Part shown: positions 55,993-64,000 of the stretch, piece by piece
Position numbering within the stretch: the stretch's first letter is position 1
How the letters are laid out: every line of letters starts with the position of its first letter
Assembly: GCA_965203465.1 (NCBI GenBank)
Contig: CBDBCR010000003.1
Coordinates: 96,001 to 160,000 of the forward strand
Length of the DNA stretch: 64,000 bases
Direction of reading: 5' to 3'
DNA from: Nitrosopumilaceae archaeon
GTDB lineage: Archaea > Thermoproteota > Nitrososphaeria > Nitrososphaerales > Nitrosopumilaceae
Made by a program: the position numbers and the translations under genes
The notes under the pieces: model-generated
Database searches by the model: none
Seen by the model: only the letters and a program-made list of their open reading frames with translations
Told to the model about the DNA's origin: nothing

Positions 55993-57108
55993 CCTGTACC
56001 CCTTTAGGTAAAATAGGGCCGCGCCGGCGGCCGCCGCCGCTATCAGTGCCGGCGCCAGCAGATCCGCCCCGTCAGGCCGATCGGCTTCCCCCGCGTCGCT
56101 TATGTACAGCACCAAGTCGTCGCCAGAGACGCTGCGCTCCTGCCCGAACAGGTACCGCGCCACCAGCTGCGTCGGGTCCGTATCGTCTACCACCCACCCG
56201 GCAGAAGAGACGTCGAGGGGCAGCACCTCGCCTTCCGACCGCAGGACCGGCAGCAGCGGCGACTCGGCCGAGACCGAGACCGGCCCGGGCGAGAGCACGA
56301 ACACCTCGAATACAGAGTTGAGCACGCTAAAGCCCCCGTCCAAGTACAGGGAGCGGTACACGACGTCGACGCCGGCGTACTCTAGCAGGTCCACGCGCTC
56401 CGCCGAGGCGGCCCCCGGGTACGATACGGCCACCTGCGCCATGTACTGCAGGCCGCTGTCGCGCTTTATGGCGGTGAACGAGGCGTACGCGCCGTCTAGG
56501 AACGACATCGTGCGGGCCGCGTCGTAGAACCCGCCGGCGGCGCGTATCTCCTCGTCGAGCAGAAGGGCCGTGATCCTCTCGTACATGAACGCGGTGCGCT
56601 CTGCCGGCATCGCGTACACCGCCGAGACCACCCCGCGCCCCGAGACGGCCCCCGACGTGCCGAGCAGCTCGCCTAGGCCCCCGTCCTGGTGTATGTACAC
56701 CGAGTGGAACTCGGCGCCCGTCTCCAAGGCTCCGTTGAGGCTCTCTGCCAGCCGGTCCCCCGAGGCGCGCGCGGCCGCGCGTATCTCCGATATGCCCGAA
56801 TCGGACGGCAGGCGCCGCACGTTGACCAGTATGCACGCGCTCTCCGAGACGCCCAGCACGCCGCACCCCTCCTTGTTCGTGAGCGCCACCGAGAGCACGC
56901 GCGGATCGTCGCGGACGAGCGCGGCAGTCTCGGGCGGAACCAGTATCTCCTGGCCGCTCGTCGTCTGCAGCGTTATGGACGCGGTCACGTCCCCGCTGAC
57001 GGCCCTGTCCACCAGCACACGCGCGGTCTCCTGGAACGTGGGCAGCTCTTGCGCGTACGCGGCCGAGGCCAGCGCCAGCGCGGCCGCCGAGGCGAGTAGC
57101 AGCTTCAA
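55981..57108 (-). CDS. Secreted, C-terminally anchored hypothetical protein
   Basis: Signal peptide; C-terminal TM followed by KGYRSKK. Confidence 0.75.
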   Translation of the reverse strand: MKLLLASAAALALASAAYAQELPTFQETARVLVDRAVSGDVTASITLQTTSGQEILVPPETAALVRDDPRVLSVALTNKEGCGVLGVSESACILVNVRRLPSDSGISEIRAAARASGDRLAESLNGALETGAEFHSVYIHQDGGLGELLGTSGAVSGRGVVSAVYAMPAERTAFMYERITALLLDEEIRAAGGFYDAARTMSFLDGAYASFTAIKRDSGLQYMAQVAVSYPGAASAERVDLLEYAGVDVVYRSLYLDGGFSVLNSVFEVFVLSPGPVSVSAESPLLPVLRSEGEVLPLDVSSAGWVVDDTDPTQLVARYLFGQERSVSGDDLVLYISDAGEADRPDGADLLAPALIAAAAAGAALFYLKGYRSKK

Positions 57109-57135
57109 CCCCCCGCGCCGGCGGCGCTCAAACTA

Positions 57136-57789
57136 TTAACGTTGCCCAGAGGCGCGCAGGACCAGCGCGGCCGCGGCCGCGCCGGCCGACGAGGCGGACA
57201 CGTACAACCACACGTGCTCCAGGCCCCACGAGGCCACGGCCGGGCCCAGCGAGCGCGCCGGGTTCATCGAGGCGCCCGAAAACTCGCCGAGGATCATTAT
57301 GTTGGCCCCCACCGCGGCCCCGATGGCCAGCCCGCCCAAGCCGCGCAGCCCGCCGGTCCTGATCGCTAGGGCCACCACCAGGAACAGCGAGGCCGCCGCG
57401 GCTGCCTCGGCCGCGAACAGCTGCCAGTACGGGTGCGGGCCCGGCGCGTTGGAGCCGGCGGCCGCCTCCGATCCGACCGCGAGCACCACGAACAGCGAGG
57501 CCAGCAGGGCCCCGCACACCTGAGCGGCCGCATATAAAGCGCCCATGCGCGCAGAGACGCGCCCCATGACCCACAGCCCGAGCGTGACGGCGGGGTTGAA
57601 GTGGGCCATCGAGACGGGCCCGAACATGTACACGCCGGCGGCCACGCCCACGGCCGGCATGAGGGCCACGAATGGGAGGCCCGGCCAGCCGAGGCGCCCG
57701 TCGGCGACCACCGAGCCGGCGGCCAGCGCCACGAGCACGAACGTGCCTGCGAGCTCGGCGGCGAAGATCCGGGCCGGCCCGGTGCGCAT
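57136..57789 (-). CDS. MIP-family channel (aquaporin/aquaglyceroporin)
   Basis: HFNPAVT and SMNPARSLGP motifs. Confidence 0.9.
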   Translation of the reverse strand: MRTGPARIFAAELAGTFVLVALAAGSVVADGRLGWPGLPFVALMPAVGVAAGVYMFGPVSMAHFNPAVTLGLWVMGRVSARMGALYAAAQVCGALLASLFVVLAVGSEAAAGSNAPGPHPYWQLFAAEAAAAASLFLVVALAIRTGGLRGLGGLAIGAAVGANIMILGEFSGASMNPARSLGPAVASWGLEHVWLYVSASSAGAAAAALVLRASGQR

Positions 57790-57797
57790 GGAATGGA

Positions 57798-57817
57798 TTA
57801 AATACAAGGTGATTTAA
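57798..57817. promoter_or_regulatory. Inverted repeat TTAAAT-N8-ATTTAA in the divergent MIP/ArsR promoter (candidate operator or back-to-back TATA boxes)
   Basis: Lies in the 38-bp gap between the two start codons. Confidence 0.5.
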
Positions 57818-57827
57818 ACGTACCGCC

Positions 57828-58112
57828 ATGGATGAAGCAGACGTGTTCAGGCTCGCCTCGGAGCACACCCGCCACAGGATGCTGGTCAAGCTGTCCCGAT
57901 CGGGCAGCGCGACGGCCGGCGAGCTGGTCAAGGCCACCGGCCGGACCCAGCCGCTGGTCTCGCACCACCTGAGGGTGCTCAAGGAGGCAGGCGTCCTAAA
58001 GTCCCGCAGGGACGGCAGGAACATGATCTACAGCATACGCGGCAAGCGCATAGAACGTGCCTTTGAAAAGATGAACAAGGCCGCAGCAGAGGCCGCCCGG
58101 CTCTGCCGCTGA
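57828..58112 (+). CDS. ArsR/SmtB-family transcriptional regulator
   Basis: TQPLVSHHLRVLKEAG..RRDGRNMIYS. Confidence 0.9.
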   Translation: MDEADVFRLASEHTRHRMLVKLSRSGSATAGELVKATGRTQPLVSHHLRVLKEAGVLKSRRDGRNMIYSIRGKRIERAFEKMNKAAAEAARLCR

Positions 58113-58135
58113 AAAAACCCACCCCCACCATTATT

Positions 58136-58777
58136 TTAATTCGCCCCGGCGCCGGGCCTGTGCTTGCCCGTCACGATGTAGTTGACCGCGTCGCTCATGA
58201 ACACGGCGTGGTCGCCTATGCGCTCGAGGTAGCGCAGCAGCAGCGCCTCGGCCAGCGCGCACCGCGTGTCCGAAGAGCCGACCAGCTGGGCCAGGCGCGA
58301 CTTGTAGAGCTGGTCCACGGCGTCCTCCTGTTCGCGTATGCGCACGGCCTTGCGCACGTCCAGCTCCGCGAACGACATGACCGCGTCAGATATCATCTGC
58401 CCGACCTTGGCGAACGACTCCACCAGCGAGGCGCTCTTGCACTCGGAGACGTCGCCGAATATGTCGCGCACCAGCGTGATGTCGTAGGCGTACCTGCCGA
58501 AGCGCGAAAAGGCGTACGATATCTCGGTGGACGATCGTATCAGGCGGAAGTCGTCGGCGACCGGCTGGTACTTTAGCAGCATCTCGAACGTCAGGTCCTC
58601 CACCTCGAGGTACTTTGCGCGTATGCCGTCCGAGAGGCGCAGCACCTCGGCGGACGCGTTGCGCCCCTCTAGGTACGACTCGGCGGCCAGCGATATGGAC
58701 CGCACGACCATCTTCCCCATCTGCGCCATAGTGTCGGAGAGTTTCTGCAGCGACGGATCGATGAGCCGGGCCATCAT
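58136..58777 (-). CDS. phoU: Phosphate transport regulator PhoU
   Basis: [17 protein letters not shown]. Confidence 0.9.
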   Translation of the reverse strand: MMARLIDPSLQKLSDTMAQMGKMVVRSISLAAESYLEGRNASAEVLRLSDGIRAKYLEVEDLTFEMLLKYQPVADDFRLIRSSTEISYAFSRFGRYAYDITLVRDIFGDVSECKSASLVESFAKVGQMISDAVMSFAELDVRKAVRIREQEDAVDQLYKSRLAQLVGSSDTRCALAEALLLRYLERIGDHAVFMSDAVNYIVTGKHRPGAGAN

Positions 58778-59598
58778 CCAAACTGGCCCTGCACGTACTG
58801 CGCGGTGAGCTCGTCGCGCGGATCTTCGAAGATCTTTTTTGTCCTGTCAAACTCCACCAAGTCTCCCAGGTACATGAACCCAGTCCAGTCCGACACACGC
58901 ACGGCCTGCTGCATGTTGTGCGTCACTATGATTATCGTGTACTCTGACTTTAGCTCGGTTATGGTCTCCTCGATGCGCTGCGTGGCGATGGGGTCGAGCG
59001 CCGATGCCGGCTCGTCCATCAGCAGCACCTCGGGCTGTATGGCCAGGGCGCGCGCGATGCAGAGGCGCTGCTGCTGCCCGCCGGACAGCTCGATGGCCGG
59101 CTTTTTGAGGTCCGAGGAGACCTCGTCCCACAGGTAGGCCATCTTGAGCGAATCCTCGGCTATCTCGTCGAGCATGCGCCTGTCTCGCACGCCGTTGAGC
59201 CGCAGCCCCGCCGTCACGTTGTCGTAGACCGACATGGTCGGGAACGGGTTTGGCTTCTGAAACACCATGCCCACCTTGCGGCGGTGGTGGACCGGATCTA
59301 TGTCCTTGGAGTACAGGTCTATGCCGTCGAGCACCACCCTGCCGGTCACGCGCGCGCTCTTTGTCATGTCGTGCATGCGGTTGAGGCAGCGCAGAAAGGT
59401 CGTCTTGCCGCAGCCCGACGGCCCTATGAGGGCCGTGACCGACCTGTCGGGGAACCTCATCGTGACGTCCCTTACGGCGCTCACCCCGCCGTAGGAGACC
59501 GAGACGCCCTCGGCCTCCATCTTGTAGGCGGGCCGGCCGCCCTCCCGCGGCGGCTCTTGCTCGGCCCGGACAGCCCCGTCCATGGACAGCTCGCTCAT
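58774..59598 (-). CDS. pstB: Phosphate ABC transporter ATP-binding protein
   Basis: [39 protein letters not shown]. Confidence 0.95.
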   Translation of the reverse strand: MSELSMDGAVRAEQEPPREGGRPAYKMEAEGVSVSYGGVSAVRDVTMRFPDRSVTALIGPSGCGKTTFLRCLNRMHDMTKSARVTGRVVLDGIDLYSKDIDPVHHRRKVGMVFQKPNPFPTMSVYDNVTAGLRLNGVRDRRMLDEIAEDSLKMAYLWDEVSSDLKKPAIELSGGQQQRLCIARALAIQPEVLLMDEPASALDPIATQRIEETITELKSEYTIIIVTHNMQQAVRVSDWTGFMYLGDLVEFDRTKKIFEDPRDELTAQYVQGQFG

Positions 59599-60521
59599 CT
59601 CCGGCTCAGCGCCCGCAGGAAAACCACCCTGCCCCCGGTGCCGAAGCCCGACCCCTTGCGGAGCACGAACGACCGCACGGCCAAGTTTATGCACATGATA
59701 ATAAATATCAACACGAGGGCCGCGCCCCACCCGTGGAGTTGCGCGTCCTCGTAGGGTAGCAGGGAGAGCGTCCAGATGCGCAGCGGCAGCGCGTCCATCG
59801 GAACCCCGAACCCGCCGAAGAACTGGCTGCTGCCCAGTATCGTAAAGAGCAGCGGCGCGGTCTCGCCGCCCACGCGCGAGACCGCCAGCAGTATCCCGGT
59901 GAGCATGCCGTTCTTGGCCGCCGAGAGCGCCACGCGCATCGTAATGACCGACTTTTGCAGGCCCAGCGCCACGCCGGCCTCGCGGTACGTGTACGGCACC
60001 ATCTTCAGGGATTCCTCGGTGGTGCGCGCCACGATGGGGAACATTATGAGGGCGAGGGCGAAAGCGCCTGCCCAGAGCGAAAAGTGTCCCAGCAGCAACA
60101 CTATGACCAAAAACGCGAATATGCCGATCACTATGGATGGAAACTCCATGAACACGTCGGTAAAGAACCTCACCGTGCGCGCCAGCCTCCCCTCGCCGAA
60201 CTCGGCCAGGTATATCCCCGAAAAGATCCCGATGGGCACGCCCATGAGGGCAGAGAGGCCCAGGACGATGAACGTGCCCTGTATGGCAGGCCCGATGCCC
60301 CCCTCGCCGCTGCCGGCCGCGCCGGGCACCTCGGTCAGGAACTCGTAGCTGAGCGCCCAGACGCCGTTGCGGACCACCTCGAAGAGTATGCTGCCCAGCG
60401 GCACGATGGCCACCACGACGGCTGCCACCACGACGGCGCGCACGGCCCTGTCTGCCAGCAGGCGCCTGCGCATGTTGTCGCGGAACAGCGAGCGGTAGTA
60501 CTGCCTCTTGGAGAGGGTCAA
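59595..60521 (-). CDS. pstA: Phosphate ABC transporter permease PstA
   Basis: [25 protein letters not shown]. Confidence 0.9.
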   Translation of the reverse strand: MTLSKRQYYRSLFRDNMRRRLLADRAVRAVVVAAVVVAIVPLGSILFEVVRNGVWALSYEFLTEVPGAAGSGEGGIGPAIQGTFIVLGLSALMGVPIGIFSGIYLAEFGEGRLARTVRFFTDVFMEFPSIVIGIFAFLVIVLLLGHFSLWAGAFALALIMFPIVARTTEESLKMVPYTYREAGVALGLQKSVITMRVALSAAKNGMLTGILLAVSRVGGETAPLLFTILGSSQFFGGFGVPMDALPLRIWTLSLLPYEDAQLHGWGAALVLIFIIMCINLAVRSFVLRKGSGFGTGGRVVFLRALSRR

Positions 60522-61474
60522 TTGTTTATGGCCCCCTCGCGCACGCGTAGCATACGGGTCACCAGCAGGTGCGCCACGATGTTGATCGACATGGCCACGG
60601 CCAGCAGTATCAGCGCAAGCCCGAGCAGGGCCGGCACCTGCAGCGAACCGGGCGTGGCCTCGGCGAACTCGTTGGCCAGTATGCTGGCGATCGACTGGCC
60701 CGGCGAAAAGAGCGTGTCGGCCAGTGCGTTGGGCCCGATGGCGTTGCCTATGAGCATGGTCACGGCCATTGTCTCGCCCACGGCCCTGCCCAGGCCCAGT
60801 ATCGAGGCGCCCACGAGGCCGGTCTTGGAGTACGGAAAGACCGCCAGCTTGAACATCTCCCAGCGCGTGGCGCCCAGCATGTAGGCGGCCTCCTTTTGCT
60901 GCTGCGGGACAGCCTTCATTATCTCGCGCGAGACGGCCGAGACGGTCGGTATTATCATTATGGCCAGTATCACGCTGGCGGTCAGTATGTCGAGGCCGAA
61001 CGGGCGCGAGCCCAAGAACCAGACGTGCTCCCCCAGCGCCCCGTACAGCGGGTTCTCGACGGTGTCCAGGAAGAACCCGCGGAACACGTACAGCCCCCAC
61101 AGCCCGTATATGACGCTGGGCACCGCGGCGAGCAGCTCCACGACGAACCCCAGCGGCCCCGAGATCCTCGATGGGGCGTCCGAGAGGAACATGGCGATGC
61201 CGATGCTGAGCGGCACGCCCATGGCCATGGCCAGCCCCGCCGTGACCAGCGTCCCGAATATGTACGGCAACGCCCCGTACGATTCTCGCCCCTCGACCGC
61301 GTTCCAGTCCGTCTTGGTGACGAACCCGAGGCCCTCCTTTTCCCAGATGGGCCACGATTCGGTCGCCAGCTGGAAGACCATCAGCGCGATGACGACGAGG
61401 ACGAAGACGCCCGCCAGCATGCAGCCGGCGCGGAACAGCCTGTCGCCAATAGGGGCGCGCCGGCGTCGCAGCAA
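60518..61474 (-). CDS. pstC: Phosphate ABC transporter permease PstC
   Basis: [27 protein letters not shown]. Confidence 0.9.
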   Translation of the reverse strand: MLRRRRAPIGDRLFRAGCMLAGVFVLVVIALMVFQLATESWPIWEKEGLGFVTKTDWNAVEGRESYGALPYIFGTLVTAGLAMAMGVPLSIGIAMFLSDAPSRISGPLGFVVELLAAVPSVIYGLWGLYVFRGFFLDTVENPLYGALGEHVWFLGSRPFGLDILTASVILAIMIIPTVSAVSREIMKAVPQQQKEAAYMLGATRWEMFKLAVFPYSKTGLVGASILGLGRAVGETMAVTMLIGNAIGPNALADTLFSPGQSIASILANEFAEATPGSLQVPALLGLALILLAVAMSINIVAHLLVTRMLRVREGAINN

Positions 61475-61582
61475 CGCCTGCCCGGAGGCGGCAGGCCATA
61501 ACTAGGAACCGGATGCGATTTACGGTGGGTATGTTCTTCTATATAGATTATAGGCCAAACCGTAAACACGGCCCCCGGATGC

Positions 61583-62614
61583 ATGCACCGCGTGGAGAGC
61601 CAGACGCGGCGCATACAGCTGAGCGGCGGCTCCACCTACACCGTCTCGCTGCCCAAGGCGTGGATGGACGGCATGGGGGCGGGCGCCGGCGATCAGGTCA
61701 CCCTCGTGCGCGGCCAGGACAGCTCCATGACCATGTTCGCCGCCTCCGAGCCGGCCCGCCGCCCCGGGGCGACCATCGCGATAAGCCGCTCTGACACCGC
61801 AGAGTCGGTCAAGCGCAAGATGATAGCCGCGTACTTGGGAGGGTACTCTTCCATCCGCGTCGTCTCCAGGGGGGGCAGGATACGGCCCGACTATGCGCGC
61901 GAGCTCAAGGCCCTGGTCAAGACCTCGATGGTCGGGACAGAGGTGGTCGAATCGAGCTCCGAGTCGATAGCCGTGCAGGTGCTAGCCAGGCTGCCCGAGC
62001 TCTCGTTCGAGGCCGCGCTCGGCCGCATGCACACGATGGCCGCCTCGATGCACCGCGAGGCCATGGAGGCCCTGCTGGCCGCCGACGCGGCTGGCAGCGA
62101 GGAGGTGGCCCGCATGGACGACGAGGTGGACCGCTTCGGGCTGTACATGAGGAGGAACCTGTCCGCCTCGGTGGGCGACGCCAACGTGCTCCGCGAGATG
62201 GGGCTCAGGCAGGCGTCCGACTGCCTGGGGTACAGGGCCGTCATCACCAGGATAGAGAGGGTCGCCGACCACGCCGTCGCGATAGCAAAGCGCACCAAGT
62301 TCCTAGACGGGCGCATCGGGCAGGGGCTGGCCGGCGGGATGGAGAATCTGTCGGAGGGCGCGCTGAAAGTCTTCGGGGGCGCGTTCGGCGCGCTCGTCCG
62401 CAGGGACTACGGGGCCGCCGAGGCGGTCGCCGCCGAGGCGGCCCGCGTGGTCGAGGAGGAAAAGTCGCTCATGTCTGGCGTGCGCGACTCGGACCGCAAC
62501 GCGGGCGTGGCCAGGTTCGTCTTGGAGGACATCAGGAGGGTGGCCGAGTACTCGGAGGACATCGCCGAGGTGGCCATAGACCAGAACATAGATTCGGTCA
62601 TAGGCGTGGGGTAG
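61583..62614 (+). CDS. AbrB-PhoU family phosphate uptake regulator
   Basis: RRIQLSGGSTYTVSLPK AbrB N-terminus; DDEVDRF and ERVADHA. Confidence 0.9.
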   Translation: MHRVESQTRRIQLSGGSTYTVSLPKAWMDGMGAGAGDQVTLVRGQDSSMTMFAASEPARRPGATIAISRSDTAESVKRKMIAAYLGGYSSIRVVSRGGRIRPDYARELKALVKTSMVGTEVVESSSESIAVQVLARLPELSFEAALGRMHTMAASMHREAMEALLAADAAGSEEVARMDDEVDRFGLYMRRNLSASVGDANVLREMGLRQASDCLGYRAVITRIERVADHAVAIAKRTKFLDGRIGQGLAGGMENLSEGALKVFGGAFGALVRRDYGAAEAVAAEAARVVEEEKSLMSGVRDSDRNAGVARFVLEDIRRVAEYSEDIAEVAIDQNIDSVIGVG

Positions 62615-62912
62615 GGGCGCCCTTTCCGGCAGCGCGTCTCCGCGGGTAGCGCAGCCCGGACGCGTGCGTTTCTGCCCATTTGTCGCATGTTCCCGTCCGT
62701 TCTGGCGATCGCGGAAGATTTCGCCCCGCGCCCGTCCGACGTGCGGCGGGCGAGGCGAAATTTTCGACGCCCGCCGGAACAGACGCCGGCCTGCGCCATC
62801 GCGTGCCTGACCGCGTCGGGCGGCGAGGCGTCTGCCAAGAACCGGCGCCTCAGCAGACAGATGCGAGATTTGCGACCCAAAGTATAAAACCGCGCGCGGC
62901 GCACGCAGCACC

Positions 62913-63125
62913 ATGGGAGTGGTAGCCCGCGGCGCAAAGTGCAACGTGGACGGGTGCGACAAGGACGGCGCTCGCTCCATAAACACCACGAGGGTCGAGA
63001 ACGCCGGCCTGCGCATCACCGGCGCCGGAAAAAAGTCCGTCCTCTGCAAGCCCCACTACAAGGAATACAAGAAGGAGTCAAAGGGCGACAGGGATCTGGA
63101 GCGCGCAAGGTACGACAGGTTCTAG
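62913..63125 (+). CDS. Small Cys/His-containing hypothetical protein
   Basis: CNVDGC ... LCKPHY; TATAAAA upstream. Confidence 0.75.
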   Translation: MGVVARGAKCNVDGCDKDGARSINTTRVENAGLRITGAGKKSVLCKPHYKEYKKESKGDRDLERARYDRF

Positions 63126-63261
63126 GCGGGCCGTCCGGCCCCGGGCGCGTCCGGCGCGCTCGGTCCTGCAGGCGGGCGCTTCCGATCGGGCGCGCCCCGG
63201 AAAAGGGGCACTTGTCGCGGCGGCGGCACGCAATTGTGTTTATATTATCGAGCCCGGCGCA

Positions 63262-63522
63262 ATGCGCCACGTCCGTCACGCTAAAGCCGACCAACCCGTA
63301 CATGTACGTTCCAGAGGACAAACTGCCATCATAAGGGACGATTTTCTAAAGTCCGAGTTTGCGGGCAAGATGGACTTTGAGCGGTACCTTACGCTGCTGC
63401 ACGAGGAAGACGACGTCACGCCCGAAGAGATGCTGGACATCATCGCGGGCAGGGATTCGAGCGGGGGAAAGACGTTCTCTAATGCAAAAGATCTGATAGA
63501 GTACATAAACAGGAATGGCTGA
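63262..63522 (+). CDS. Putative antitoxin (start uncertain)
   Basis: Acidic ORF ending GKTFSNAKDLIEYIN, overlapping the toxin gene. Confidence 0.55.
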   Translation: MRHVRHAKADQPVHVRSRGQTAIIRDDFLKSEFAGKMDFERYLTLLHEEDDVTPEEMLDIIAGRDSSGGKTFSNAKDLIEYINRNG

Positions 63523-63784
63523 CTGGACGACGAGATCCGAGGCCACGTTTGACGGCCAGTTTAAACGCATCGGACATGAGAGGCAGTTGCGCGTGTCCGC
63601 GGCGATTGATGTTCTCACGGCATCTGTAGATCCTACAGTCTTGGGAAAGTACAAAAATCACGCAGGCGCGTTCGCTTACGAGATAGGCAGAAGCGACAGG
63701 CCGCTATACAGGCTGGATCGTCCCCGCAACGAGATAGTCTTGTTGCGGGTGTGCGATCACAAGTCCGTCTACGGCCGCGGCTAG
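63515..63784 (+). CDS. RelE/ParE-family toxin
   Basis: FDGQFKRI, AYEIGRSDRPLY, LLRVCDHKSVY. Confidence 0.75.
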   Translation: MADWTTRSEATFDGQFKRIGHERQLRVSAAIDVLTASVDPTVLGKYKNHAGAFAYEIGRSDRPLYRLDRPRNEIVLLRVCDHKSVYGRG

Positions 63785-64000
63785 TCGATCGGAACACGGC
63801 GAGCTTTCCGCGGCGAGCGCTTTTTGGCAGCCCGGCGCACCGCGGGCGCCTGCATGCAGAACTGCCGGCTCCGGCAGAGCGGAACCCGTGATGCGCGCCG
63901 CCTATCCTGAACCCTCGCACCCGGACATGGCCTCGGCTGCGCACTCGTCGGCCCCGTCGCCGCCGTCCGCCTCGTCCAGGCCTTCGCCCCCCCAGAGGCG

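Overview
High-GC archaeal chromosomal segment. Gene content and order (archaeal ribosomal cluster L3 to L6 without L2, S4e, Rpp29, EF-1beta, PDCD5-like, Lrp, MqnD, double-cupredoxin membrane protein, secreted proteins with an SPLxQ-C-C-RGW module) point to a Nitrosopumilaceae/Thaumarchaeota lineage, possibly a Cenarchaeum-like host-associated one (inference). Core blocks: ribosomal protein cluster (18.5-26.6 kb), cdc48/EF-1beta/rtcB/rps11, pstCAB-phoU and three tRNAs (Phe, Asn, Thr). Accessory patches: (i) 0-10.5 kb, with a frameshifted beta-helix gene, an IS5-family copy carrying a 78-bp MITE, a possible ADP-ribosyltransferase-fold gene, an integrase remnant and a coupled pair of STAND-like ATPases; (ii) 30-36 kb, with an sxtK/J/I/L-like carbamoylation cassette, a beta-helix paralog and an intact IS5; (iii) 37.5-42.4 kb, a decayed RM-type island with an MTase-HNH fusion whose upstream coupled ORF is split by IS630 and IS66; (iv) an atypical IS66 in the rps11/Lrp divergent promoter. 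Other signals: a perfect 16 x 15-bp coding tandem repeat in ribosomal protein L24, a secreted four-Cache-domain protein with no output domain, and a long G:U-rich hairpin plus a possible ACG start upstream of a DEAD-box helicase. All assignments come from reading motifs by eye; no searches were run.
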